The notes under the pieces were generated by a model that worked only from the letters and a program-made list of their open reading frames with translations, searched no databases and had not been told where the DNA came from. This document shows, one piece after another, positions 6,940 through 17,112 of a stretch of DNA of 53,749 nt. Where the stretch lies: positions 1-53,749 of the IMG/VR virus record IMGVR_UViG_3300032086_001878, one strand, 5' to 3'. The stretch's first letter is position 1, and every line of letters begins with the position of its first letter. The stretch comes from a virus. Its lineage: Duplodnaviria; Caudoviricetes. The position numbers and the translations under genes are program-made.

Positions 6940-9900
6940 ATTGGTAGCCTATTAAGTTTTGCATTTGCTGATCTAGGTTGTTTTTTGCATTCTCAGCTTG
7001 CGCCAAATAATCTGCTAGAGCCATCATAAAATCTTGCTCTCCACCTTCGCTTTCATCATCATACAACTCAGATCTTACGAGCCAAGCATAGAAGAGTTCC
7101 TGTTGATTTTGCGACATAGCAACGTCACCGTCAGGAACAACCTGCCTCGCTACTTTTACAAACTCTTGTGGCTTTGATAGCAATTGTTCAGCTAACCGTG
7201 CAGACTCTGCCCCGTCCAGTTTCTCGCCTAAGAAACCAACGGCCCCTGATCGCACCCTTGCACCAATACGGCTCAAAGCACCGAAGGTCAAAGTAACCAA
7301 TCTGTTTACTGCGGCAATAGATGCGGCTTTGTCTGCGGTTATGGAATTACCTGCACCAGAGGTAGCTTTCCTTGTTCCCACCTGAACGCCACTTAGCCTT
7401 AATAAGGTTTCCAACCCTGCTACATTTTCAGGATTGTTTTTGAATATTAAATTAGCCTTATCTAAATAATCCGTAAAATTTTCTAGTTCCTGCGTAATCT
7501 TGGCTTCGCTAACGCCACGTTGGTTTGGCATTTCTTTTGATAGAATTAAGAACTTATCTTTAAAAAACTTACTAAATGCCGCCTCAACACCTTTTTGTGC
7601 AAGTTCTCTTTCCACAGGATCACCGATTGCGTCTATCTTTGAAAGTAATTCAGGAAGATCACCTGATAACTGCCCATCGACAACACCCATAGCCTGTTTG
7701 TCATTAAAGTATTTATTAAGAACTTCAGTTGTATTCGGGTTTACTTTTCCTTCAGCATTTTGAAAGAACCTGCCTAGTGCGCCCTCGTATGCTTGTTGCT
7801 TTGCTTCCTCAAGTTTTAAAGTTGCCCCGTCTAGCCTTAGTTGCAATTCAGGGGTTATTTTCTCTAACCTTTGGATTTGTCGTAGGAAGGAGCGAACCTG
7901 ATCTGCAGCCTCTTTGGTGGCAGGGTTTCTATCTAGTAAGCTTGCACGGCTCTCAAGAGCTTGCCTGACTGCAGTAAAATCAACTTCATCTAATGCCCTA
8001 CCTGACTGTGAAGAAATGTTACTTACAGCGTCTGCAATAACGTAATCCACTACGTCCTCAACAGATTGACCACCCTCACTACGCAGAAGTACATTTAGAA
8101 TACCTTCGCCCTGCGCTCTGTTTACATCCAACAAACCTGACTCAACACTTTGTCGGGTTAAATCCCTTGCACCTGCTTGGTTTAATCTTCCTGCGCTACT
8201 GTTAGCAAAGTTATCTACGTTTTGAAGAATACCACCATCACGCCAATACTTAGAATACTGATTTCTGTAGTAATCCATAGCGTCTTGTGCAGCCGCCAGT
8301 TTATTAACCTGCCCTGTTTCATCTAAGTACAGAATAGCGTCATCATCTATTAATCTTTTAAGACCTGCTAAATTACTTATTGCTGTAGTTGCAGGAAGTG
8401 ATCCATCACGCTCAAGTTGGTTTAAGGTATCAGCTAAGTTAGGACGTATTTTTGTGTATAGATCCTCGAAGGTTACTTTATTACTTAAAAACTTTATGGC
8501 TTCATCACGATCCATTTGAGAGACTACAGCTAGTAGTTCACCTAACTGAGCATTTCCAGGTTTCTTAGGATTACCTGCATCTAAAAATTCTTTATTAAGA
8601 GTTTGTAATTGATCATACAGACGTTCACCAAACTGAACTCCATCATCATCCGCTATATTTAAACGCCCACCTTTAATCTTGTTGAAAAGATCATTTTTCT
8701 TTTGGTTCATTTGCCTACTGGCACTTACAAGTTTATCAAGTATTGCATCTGCACTATCAGCTTTGTTGATCGCTATGGAAACGCCATCTACTTCGTTTAA
8801 TTGTTCTAGTTTAGAACCAAAGAACGGATCATTTTGTATCTGACTTGTAATTCGATTTTTGAAATCAGTAATTGCATTTTCTGCTTTGGCTACATCATCT
8901 GCGGCACTCCTTATAGGTGCATTGGCAGCATCCCGTAGTGCATCGCCTGTCTGATCTACAGCGGATTGACCGCCTCTTACATCAAACATTTCGTCAGTAG
9001 TTTGAGCTAGTACCCTAGCAGGTTCTCCCTGCTTTGTAGCAAGTTGCCCAGTGTTTAGCTTATTGCCTAGCGCACCCTGTTCTATCACTTGGGAAGAGGT
9101 AATAATTCTTTTTGCGGTTTCGGTGTCATTGTTTCTGAGGGCATACTGAACTGCAGCTAACGTACTTAGACCTACCTTAACCTTATCATCATCAATCATA
9201 GTAATGATTTCATCATTATCTTCTATGAGCTTAACAAGATCACGCTTTATCTGAACAAGTTCATCTGCGGAAGCGGATGGATCTGCAGCTATTGATAGTC
9301 TGTTCAAAACATCATCAACAAATGCTTTCTCTCTACTAGCGGTACTGAGTACTCCTGTAAGTGTAGCTGCACCAGAAAAGAGGTATAAAACCTTGGCACT
9401 TTTTGCTACGCCTTTTGCACCTGTCTGAAGTGTTCGGGCAGCGAATAAAGCATCAGCTAAAACATTAGCCTTGTTCGCCAATATTTGTTGGTATTCAGGG
9501 GCATCGGGATCTACTGCAATCCCTTGGGTAAGGGGATAGATAGCAGCATTTTCTCCAATGAATGCGGTTGGAATATCAGGACTTAGAGCCGCTGCCATAC
9601 CTGCTTCAGTGGATAAAACCTTAACAGTGTTTGCTGCTTTAGGTGAATACTTTAATAAGTCAGTAGATATTTTTCTGGCATCATTTGTACCACCTAGCTT
9701 TGATGATACACGGGATATACCCTCTACAACTTTATCTCCACCTTTACCGCCTATTACACCACCAGTTAGTAACTGTGTTCCCTCAAAAAGTAGGGCATCA
9801 ACGATACCGCCATCACCTGCAGCTACATCAGGCAACACTTCATCTACAACCCCTACAGCATCCGTTGTTAAATCCACATTTGGTATCGTTCCAATAGACG

Positions 9901-10735
9901 GAATATTTTCTGTAATAACATTGGCGGCATCGATAGCGGCATTAGCTACAGCGTCACCTTTAGCCGCAAGATAATCATTTACTGCGGCAAATGTCTCAAG
10001 AAGATTCTTACCACCCTGATAAATACCTAACGATATAGTGTCATCAAAATCTAAATCGGGGGCGCTAAACGATGCCAGATCTGGTGGAGGAACTAATAGT
10101 CCTTGGTATACTACGCCCAGACCATCTTGCTCACCTGCTTCCGCATATGCCTGATAAAGCGCAGTTGCTGCGGCTCTACCTTCCTCAGTAGCAGGAAACC
10201 CATCATACATACTTCTATTTGGTTTTGGTAAGGTACTGTCACCTGTGAACTGCCCCGTAAGAAGAGCTTGTTCTGTTTGCTCTTCAGTTGCATTTTTGGG
10301 AACTAATACTTCCCGACCATCTTGGCTTGTAAGAACATTAAAGTCTGCAGTAGCAGTTACGGTTTCATCGTTGACCTGAAAGTTTTGGGTAAACTGGCTT
10401 GGGTACTTTTCTTTAAGTCTATTATACTCTGCTTCATTCTGAGGATTATCAAAGAAACCTGGATTCATATAGGCTGCGCTACTGCTTACGGTTTTACCCG
10501 TGTAAGGATCAACACCCATCATATCAATCATAGCCTGTCGGTCTTCAATTTCCTGTGCAACTGCAGGGTCAAGTTTAGATGCAGGTTGCTCGAAGCTCTG
10601 TTCTTGAGCGTCTACAGCTACAGGATCTGCGGCTGCAGCAACATCTGATTTTGCATCAGGCTCATCAAGATACTGGGAAAAGAAATTATCTTCTTCTTTA
10701 GGTTCTTCAAGAAACTGTTCAAAAAAGTTTGCCAT
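6938..10735 (-). CDS. Large virion (probable internal/ejection) protein
   Basis: 1265 aa, helical and Ala-rich, last gene of the structural operon. Confidence 0.6.
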   Translation of the reverse strand: MANFFEQFLEEPKEEDNFFSQYLDEPDAKSDVAAAADPVAVDAQEQSFEQPASKLDPAVAQEIEDRQAMIDMMGVDPYTGKTVSSSAAYMNPGFFDNPQNEAEYNRLKEKYPSQFTQNFQVNDETVTATADFNVLTSQDGREVLVPKNATEEQTEQALLTGQFTGDSTLPKPNRSMYDGFPATEEGRAAATALYQAYAEAGEQDGLGVVYQGLLVPPPDLASFSAPDLDFDDTISLGIYQGGKNLLETFAAVNDYLAAKGDAVANAAIDAANVITENIPSIGTIPNVDLTTDAVGVVDEVLPDVAAGDGGIVDALLFEGTQLLTGGVIGGKGGDKVVEGISRVSSKLGGTNDARKISTDLLKYSPKAANTVKVLSTEAGMAAALSPDIPTAFIGENAAIYPLTQGIAVDPDAPEYQQILANKANVLADALFAARTLQTGAKGVAKSAKVLYLFSGAATLTGVLSTASREKAFVDDVLNRLSIAADPSASADELVQIKRDLVKLIEDNDEIITMIDDDKVKVGLSTLAAVQYALRNNDTETAKRIITSSQVIEQGALGNKLNTGQLATKQGEPARVLAQTTDEMFDVRGGQSAVDQTGDALRDAANAPIRSAADDVAKAENAITDFKNRITSQIQNDPFFGSKLEQLNEVDGVSIAINKADSADAILDKLVSASRQMNQKKNDLFNKIKGGRLNIADDDGVQFGERLYDQLQTLNKEFLDAGNPKKPGNAQLGELLAVVSQMDRDEAIKFLSNKVTFEDLYTKIRPNLADTLNQLERDGSLPATTAISNLAGLKRLIDDDAILYLDETGQVNKLAAAQDAMDYYRNQYSKYWRDGGILQNVDNFANSSAGRLNQAGARDLTRQSVESGLLDVNRAQGEGILNVLLRSEGGQSVEDVVDYVIADAVSNISSQSGRALDEVDFTAVRQALESRASLLDRNPATKEAADQVRSFLRQIQRLEKITPELQLRLDGATLKLEEAKQQAYEGALGRFFQNAEGKVNPNTTEVLNKYFNDKQAMGVVDGQLSGDLPELLSKIDAIGDPVERELAQKGVEAAFSKFFKDKFLILSKEMPNQRGVSEAKITQELENFTDYLDKANLIFKNNPENVAGLETLLRLSGVQVGTRKATSGAGNSITADKAASIAAVNRLVTLTFGALSRIGARVRSGAVGFLGEKLDGAESARLAEQLLSKPQEFVKVARQVVPDGDVAMSQNQQELFYAWLVRSELYDDESEGGEQDFMMALADYLAQAENAKNNLDQQMQNLIGYQ

Positions 10736-10737
10736 AT

Positions 10738-13368
10738 TTAATTATTCCCAAGTATTTTTGCAGCCGCACCCTTGCCAAATAAAAGATCAAATTCTGCGGC
10801 TTTGTCTGGATTATTTATTAAAGCTTGCCTTGCTTTTTGATTTGGTACAGGAAACCCACCTGTCATAGTGTTATCAAATGCTTTAGTCAGAGTTGCACTG
10901 TCTCTTTCTGTAACAAAGGTCTGAAAGTTTTTAAGTGGGGCTACGGGCGACCACTTAAATCGTTGTTTAAAATCTGCGACTAATCCCGTGTTTTCTGCTT
11001 GGAATACAGCATCATCATAGGACTCTACTTTAGATCGCATATACCCTCTAAGGTTATCCGCAAACGCCTGAACACTGCCTGAAGTATTCAACATTTGTGT
11101 TAGACGCTCGAAGTCTTTGTTAGACATTGCGTTTCCAGATTGTCCTTCAATTCTACCGCTGCGGAATGCTAGGATCACCATAGTAGCTTGAAATTTGGCT
11201 GTTTCATCTGCAAGATTTTGAACGTCTTTAGATACGATAGCATCTAGTATATTTTTTCCTACGCCCTGTTGCTGCAAGGCACTGAGCAATTGATCCTCAG
11301 TAATATAAGTAACTGATGCACCCGTTTCATCTACACCTTCTGTTGCATTCTGAAACAAACTAGCTGTTACATCTATAATGTTAGATGTTCCTCTGACAGT
11401 GCCAGTTACTAACTGAGCAAAAGAACCACCTGCATTTCTAACCATTGGGCTATTTGTAGCGATTTCTATTGCCAACTCTGAGTTTCGTAGAGCTTCGGCT
11501 AATGATACACCACTAGCACTTAATTCCTTAATATACTTTTGTTGTTGTGCAGAGATTTTATTAAATTGCTCTAGCTCTGGTTCAGACATCTTCCTAAAGT
11601 TAGCAGTATCTACAGAAGTGCCATCTGTTAAAGTAAGGTTACCATCCGCATCTTTTTTGACTTGAACAAATGATTCAGTTTTTGTTTTTGGATCTATGAG
11701 TACACCTGCAAATGTTTCGCTACCGTACACTCCTGCAGCAAGTTGAGCTTCTTTTTCTTTTTGTTTTTTCTGTCTTTCAGCTAACTCTGTTAAACCATCA
11801 ATTATTTCTTGGCTTTCTTCATTTTGTATAGCGACCTGTATCTGCCCAAGCGTTCTATCATAAGTAATAGAATTTTTAACATATTCAGCAAACTTAGCAT
11901 CACCCTCTAGTATTCTTCGAGTATTTAATCTGGCATTTATAATATTTAGGTCTTCAACTTTAGCCCCAAGTTGGGTTGCCGTAGCTTTTCTTTCTGCAAG
12001 TTCTACTGATGTTAAGCCAATCAAGCTTTCGGGATTTAGCAAGCTTTCAAGAAGATCTTTATTAGAAGCTTTAGTTGCATCCGCTTGGAAACCTGCAACT
12101 ATTTTCTCAGCAATCTGCATTTGAGTATAAGTACCTGTGGCACGAAGCTTATTAAGCTCTGCCTCTGCAGTTTTCAAATCGGTAATGTTTTCAATAAATG
12201 CCCGTGACTCATTTGCACGAAGTTCGCCCTCTTGTATATCAAGGGCTGTTTTACCTTCAGGACTTATATTGAGGCCATTAGCGGCAATGCTGCGTCTATA
12301 TGCTTTAATGGCTGCTACAGAAGTTAAATCTTGGAAAGGTATTTTGTCTACATTCTGACCTACCATTTGAGTGAGTAGCTTATACTCTCTACTCTCCCTT
12401 ATTACTTTTTTAGCATCGTCTGATTCAGCAATTTCTATTTCAGCATTTAGACGATCCAACATACTTTTTGCTAATGCAGGATCTTTTGTTGCTTCATCTA
12501 AATTAGCTTCTGTATCTTGACCTTTAAGTAGTTCAATCCTCGCTGTTATTTCTTTTAGTTGTGCGCTATCTTCTGGGATCAGACCTTTTGCCTCAAGTTC
12601 TTTCATATAGGCTTCAGCATCAGCTAAGTTTGTCATTCTTTCTTTATCTAATTCGAAAGCTTTAGGATCTACCTCTATACCAAACTGTTTAGTTTCAGCC
12701 TGTGTTACTTCGCTTGGCTGAAGTTGTTGCGGCCCGAAAGCTTTCATCATCTGTTGAGCTTCGCTCATCAGTTCAGGTGACTTTATAAGGTCACCATCTT
12801 TATTAACATAACCAACACTACCATCTGCAATATTTTGAAGATCAAGTGAAGTTAAAGGTCTAACAGTACCGCTGTCATCAGTTATTTTTTTAACACCACC
12901 AACACCATCATCTAGTCTTAAAGGTGGAAGTTTATCGATACGGGCTGAAGTTACATCCTCAACGATAGGCTCTAGCTCTTTTTCCCTCAGACGCTTTAAC
13001 TTCATATCGCTATCAGCTTTTGTCTGAACAAAACTAGAGTCATCATTATACAGAAACAATTGCTCAGTAAGGTATGTAACTGCCTCAGTATTACCTTCGG
13101 AAAACCCAAGGTCTTTGGCTAATGCCTCTGCTTTGCGCTTTCTATTTGCTGCAGCCTGTTCTTTAGCTTTTTGCTCTTTAGCTAACTCACGGGCTTCTTC
13201 AAGCTTACGTTTTTCTTCTTCCCTTCGTCTCTCACCTTGCCGCAATAAACCCTCTGCAACAATGTTACTTGCCGCCATAAATCCATCTTGAATTGTAGTA
13301 TCAGGCTTTTGATATTTACCTGAAGCAATACCTTTACTTATTCGAGCCTTACTAGCAGCAAAAGACAT
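10738..13368 (-). CDS. Probable internal virion protein
   Basis: 876 aa, coiled-coil-like; position in structural operon. Confidence 0.55.
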   Translation of the reverse strand: MSFAASKARISKGIASGKYQKPDTTIQDGFMAASNIVAEGLLRQGERRREEEKRKLEEARELAKEQKAKEQAAANRKRKAEALAKDLGFSEGNTEAVTYLTEQLFLYNDDSSFVQTKADSDMKLKRLREKELEPIVEDVTSARIDKLPPLRLDDGVGGVKKITDDSGTVRPLTSLDLQNIADGSVGYVNKDGDLIKSPELMSEAQQMMKAFGPQQLQPSEVTQAETKQFGIEVDPKAFELDKERMTNLADAEAYMKELEAKGLIPEDSAQLKEITARIELLKGQDTEANLDEATKDPALAKSMLDRLNAEIEIAESDDAKKVIRESREYKLLTQMVGQNVDKIPFQDLTSVAAIKAYRRSIAANGLNISPEGKTALDIQEGELRANESRAFIENITDLKTAEAELNKLRATGTYTQMQIAEKIVAGFQADATKASNKDLLESLLNPESLIGLTSVELAERKATATQLGAKVEDLNIINARLNTRRILEGDAKFAEYVKNSITYDRTLGQIQVAIQNEESQEIIDGLTELAERQKKQKEKEAQLAAGVYGSETFAGVLIDPKTKTESFVQVKKDADGNLTLTDGTSVDTANFRKMSEPELEQFNKISAQQQKYIKELSASGVSLAEALRNSELAIEIATNSPMVRNAGGSFAQLVTGTVRGTSNIIDVTASLFQNATEGVDETGASVTYITEDQLLSALQQQGVGKNILDAIVSKDVQNLADETAKFQATMVILAFRSGRIEGQSGNAMSNKDFERLTQMLNTSGSVQAFADNLRGYMRSKVESYDDAVFQAENTGLVADFKQRFKWSPVAPLKNFQTFVTERDSATLTKAFDNTMTGGFPVPNQKARQALINNPDKAAEFDLLFGKGAAAKILGNN

Positions 13369-13920
13369 TTACGCTTCCTCTTCTTCAGTCATACCAAGCA
13401 TAGCCGCCTGTACTTTGTCAGGAGCCGCTGTTTTATCTTCTTCAGTAGGAGCCGCCATAAAACCTGTTAAAGGCTCTTGTGGGGCTTCTGGTGCGCTCTC
13501 CGCTACAGCCTCTTCTTCAGCATCAGAATCTATAATTCCCATAGCCATTTTGAGTGTTGTGGGAGTGATGGGCATAGTCTGCCTTTTAAGGCCATCCTCA
13601 TACTTAATGTTCTCTTTATCAGCTATCATTTTGATATAGCGATACACTGGCCCTGCAGCCAATAAAGCCATGTCTATTTGAAACTTTCCACGGGCAACAC
13701 CTTGTAACAAAAGACCTGTAACGATGTTGGTTAACGGGCGCTCTAATTCCATCATTGAGAATACAAGTTCTGCAGTTTCTTCGTCCTGCATCTTTTCCAT
13801 TACATACTCTACAGTACCATCAACAGTCTCTATATCAGGTGGCCTATGCCAAGGATAATTACGTTTATCGGAGACAAAGTTTTCACCAGGAATAGGCCCT
13901 GCATTTTTTAGGTTAAGCAT
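13369..13920 (-). CDS. Hypothetical structural-module protein
   Basis: 183 aa, PIPGE..YPWHRPP N-terminus. Confidence 0.7.
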   Translation of the reverse strand: MLNLKNAGPIPGENFVSDKRNYPWHRPPDIETVDGTVEYVMEKMQDEETAELVFSMMELERPLTNIVTGLLLQGVARGKFQIDMALLAAGPVYRYIKMIADKENIKYEDGLKRQTMPITPTTLKMAMGIIDSDAEEEAVAESAPEAPQEPLTGFMAAPTEEDKTAAPDKVQAAMLGMTEEEEA

Positions 13921-14092
13921 CTTCTTCCTCTTCTAGGGTTTCAGGAAGTTCATCCTCTAGTTCTTTTTCAAGTTCATCAAAGTACTCAAGGGTATAGAGC
14001 ATTGGCTCACCTGTTACTTTTTCTAATTCTTCAGGTACTTTACCGTCCATGTATGACTTAATAGATTTAACTACTGCGTCTTGAAATTTCAT
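13913..14092 (-). CDS. 59-aa acidic hypothetical protein
   Basis: MKFQDAVVKSIKSYMDGK...EEEEDA fills the operon gap; manually translated. Confidence 0.7.
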   Translation of the reverse strand: MKFQDAVVKSIKSYMDGKVPEELEKVTGEPMLYTLEYFDELEKELEDELPETLEEEEDA

Positions 14093-14103
14093 TTAATCAG
14101 TTC

Positions 14104-15957
14104 CTATGCTAAATTAGCGGTGAATTTTGCTGCCGCTACTTTGGTAATTCCTTCAACTATGGTGCTAAACCAATTACTACCGCCACTTGATTGGGATTGA
14201 ACATCCATTTCTCCAAGTAGCAATCTCACCGCCAGTTCTTCTTCTGATTGTGCGCCTTTAAATAAGTAATCAAGCACAGTATCTACCTCGTTCCATGTAC
14301 GATTTAGACCCTCTTGAGTAAGCCCCAAAATTGATTTTACATCTACGGCTGCAGCATCAAAAGTCATGTTAGTATTTTCGCTTTCAACTGTCCTACGCCA
14401 CTCTGCATTGGACTCATCAATTAGCCACTGTAGGTTTGTTGCAAACTCTTGCCGCCTATTCTCTAAGGTTGCATAAAATTCTTCAAAATCGTTAATTTCA
14501 CCAGTATTAAATTTTGCAATGTCTGTATTGATTTCTGCCATGAAAGTTTGGGCTTCTAAATCAAGACCTGCATAAAACTTTTGGAAGTCAGCATCATTTT
14601 GGAAGACTAACCTATTCTTTAGATTAGTTTCTGCAGTTTCTGTAAAAAGTGCATCTACTTTACTCTTAACATTAATAATTTCTGCCTGTTGTTCATTTTC
14701 GAGGTTGGTTAAATTCATTTCTAAAAATGCTTTAGAATTATGAATAGCGGCTCTTTCTTTAACTCCTAGTTCAGCTTCATCTAACGCTGCTAAAGTTGCA
14801 GCCTTTTGTATAATTTGAGCTTGTTTGTTATCTAAATTTTTTGTTGTAAGAGTTTGAAAAAATGCTGCTTCGTCTTTTGCTACGGACAGACTAGCTTCCA
14901 TCAAACCTTTTGATAACAAACCAATTTTTTGAGAACCACTAAGACCGCTAAATGCCATGTTTGTGGTGATACTTCCGTATACACCTTGCGCCCAACTAGG
15001 AATTTTTGGATTACCATTATTATCTACAAATTGCTGACTAATAATATCCATTTGGCCTAATATAGTGGCCTTGCTATCTAAATAGTTTCCTTCGCCAAGA
15101 GCTTGAGCAAGTAGCTTACCATCTACTGTGCTTGTATCGACCACGCTGCCAAACTTTTGTGTAGCATAATCGTTTAGGGCTTCACCTGTATAGTTAACTG
15201 TACCGTCTTCATTTACCCCAGTAGCCAATCCCTGTTTATCTAAGGACAGGGCGTCTTCATCTACAATCATATCATCGGTGACTGTACCTGTGACTGCATC
15301 AACATTAAATTTTTCATCATTTAAATCATCTAATGCAGTCTCTACATTTGGGCCATCTAAAGACTTTTTGGTAGGTACATTTATTTTTACCTGACCATCA
15401 ATTAATGATACAGTAGCCTTATCTAAATCTCCCAATGCGTACTTAGGATTAGTAGGATCAAGCATTGTACCTAATGCATCAGGATCAACTTGTATTGTTT
15501 GTGCAATTTCAGAAAGATTAGCGCCACGGTCTGTAAGAAACTTAGCAGGGTCTTTTAGTAACTCCTGTAGATCTTCTTGGCTTTTAATAAAACCAGAAGT
15601 CTCTAACATTTTTAAAATGCTTTCTTCAGATAATCTACTCTCTTCCTCTTCTACTTCACCTTCCCCAGTAGTTTCTGTAGTGTTTGAGGAAGAGCCGCCC
15701 GAATTGTTAGTAGTTATTGTTTTGGCTGTGTTATTGTCATTTTGGTAGTTTAGGTTGTTCTCATTTTCGACAGTGTTAAGAAACTTATCTACGACATTAC
15801 TATCTGAATCGTTGTTAGTGCCACCTGCAGCCTGATACTCTTCATTAGTGCCGCCATAAAACTGATCGCCAGAGCCACCCTGACCACCGCCATCAAACAT
15901 ATCACCTACATCATCGTAGCCTGTGATCTTTGTGAATAAGCTTTCTTCTTCAGCCAT
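14104..15957 (-). CDS. Probable internal virion protein
   Basis: 617 aa, acidic/Asn-rich; position. Confidence 0.55.
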   Translation of the reverse strand: MAEEESLFTKITGYDDVGDMFDGGGQGGSGDQFYGGTNEEYQAAGGTNNDSDSNVVDKFLNTVENENNLNYQNDNNTAKTITTNNSGGSSSNTTETTGEGEVEEEESRLSEESILKMLETSGFIKSQEDLQELLKDPAKFLTDRGANLSEIAQTIQVDPDALGTMLDPTNPKYALGDLDKATVSLIDGQVKINVPTKKSLDGPNVETALDDLNDEKFNVDAVTGTVTDDMIVDEDALSLDKQGLATGVNEDGTVNYTGEALNDYATQKFGSVVDTSTVDGKLLAQALGEGNYLDSKATILGQMDIISQQFVDNNGNPKIPSWAQGVYGSITTNMAFSGLSGSQKIGLLSKGLMEASLSVAKDEAAFFQTLTTKNLDNKQAQIIQKAATLAALDEAELGVKERAAIHNSKAFLEMNLTNLENEQQAEIINVKSKVDALFTETAETNLKNRLVFQNDADFQKFYAGLDLEAQTFMAEINTDIAKFNTGEINDFEEFYATLENRRQEFATNLQWLIDESNAEWRRTVESENTNMTFDAAAVDVKSILGLTQEGLNRTWNEVDTVLDYLFKGAQSEEELAVRLLLGEMDVQSQSSGGSNWFSTIVEGITKVAAAKFTANLA

Positions 15958-16204
15958 CTAGGTTATCCTTTTCTTTTTCACAGGCCCGAATACGATCACG
16001 CAGTTTTGCATAATCCGCTATTGTATTAGGGATAGTTTCGTAACCCTCTGGAAGAGCCTCAAGCTCTTGTGCCAGTGCTTCATTATAATCGGTTGAGTAT
16101 GATTTAAGGGGTGGACAGTAGACTTCTATATTAGTCCTATAAACCGTCTTTTCGCAGCCTGTCAGTAAGACCGCTACGATTATCAAGAGAACCGTCTTCT
16201 TCAT
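15950..16204 (-). CDS. Putative o-spanin lipoprotein
   Basis: Signal peptide with LLTGC lipobox; overlaps the upstream TM gene. Confidence 0.65.
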   Translation of the reverse strand: MKKTVLLIIVAVLLTGCEKTVYRTNIEVYCPPLKSYSTDYNEALAQELEALPEGYETIPNTIADYAKLRDRIRACEKEKDNLDG

Positions 16205-16382
16205 GTTCAGCCATTGCCTTATAAAAATCTGTAGCCTTTTCTTTGGCTTCTAATTCATCTTTTAAAATCTTATTTTTCTCTGCGGATTTACCTTTGACCC
16301 GACCTACGATGTACAAGATGGGCAGAGCGATAACTAAAGCCGCAATGATTAAATCTTTGATTTTACCAAAGATGTTAAACAT
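16137..16382 (-). CDS. Putative i-spanin
   Basis: N-terminal TM plus helical charged tail, directly after the endolysin. Confidence 0.55.
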   Translation of the reverse strand: MFNIFGKIKDLIIAALVIALPILYIVGRVKGKSAEKNKILKDELEAKEKATDFYKAMAEHEEDGSLDNRSGLTDRLRKDGL

Positions 16383-17109
16383 CTACGCCATCCTTTTGGT
16401 CTTTCCATCGTGCGTATGCAGCCAATGCTATGCCGCCCACCGCACAGATTAAAAAGATAGTCTGTAGATTTCCTGAGTAAGAAGCTAATCCCTCTAGCTG
16501 ACCTGCAACTTCGTTTAGACCCGTGGCTGCACCTGCAATACCGACACCTGCCATTGTTTTAGATTTAGCAAGGGGTTTCTTGTCCTGAACCGCAGGTTTC
16601 TGCGCCATTGGTACATCAGGATCATCTGATGGTAACTGTGCATCCATCGTAAACAAAGCTGCCTCTGCAGAGCGTCTACGAGTAAGCCCGTTGAGGGGTT
16701 GTAGTTTACCATTAACCCGTGCCTTGTTCCAACGCATAAATTGTGCAGGAACTGCAGAGTAATCTCCTGCATTCAACTTTTTCCGTAAGGTTGAGCTTGC
16801 AAAATTAGCAGAGCCAAGGTTGAAACAGAATGATACTAGCGCATCGAACTGGTACTGAGTTAATGGTACGGTCACAAGGTTTTTAACCTCACGCTCGAAG
16901 ACCTTCAGATCATCCCGTAGAAGCTCTTCTGCTTCGTCCTTTGTGATCCTCATATTCTTCTTTACGCCTTTTGTGTGACCAAATCCTATCGTGAGAACAG
17001 AAGCGGCACAACGATATGGAACTACCATCCCATCGTCTTCTACCTTTGCTAGTCCTTCGAATTTTTTTATCAGGTTTATGCCCTGATCAGATATTGTTTT
17101 AGGGTGCAT
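16375..17109 (-). CDS. Endolysin, GH24 lysozyme with hydrophobic C-terminus
   Basis: IKKFEG..YRC..TIGFGH..QFDALVSFCFNLG..GLTRRR. Confidence 0.9.
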   Translation of the reverse strand: MHPKTISDQGINLIKKFEGLAKVEDDGMVVPYRCAASVLTIGFGHTKGVKKNMRITKDEAEELLRDDLKVFEREVKNLVTVPLTQYQFDALVSFCFNLGSANFASSTLRKKLNAGDYSAVPAQFMRWNKARVNGKLQPLNGLTRRRSAEAALFTMDAQLPSDDPDVPMAQKPAVQDKKPLAKSKTMAGVGIAGAATGLNEVAGQLEGLASYSGNLQTIFLICAVGGIALAAYARWKDQKDGVDV

Positions 17110-17112
17110 GTT

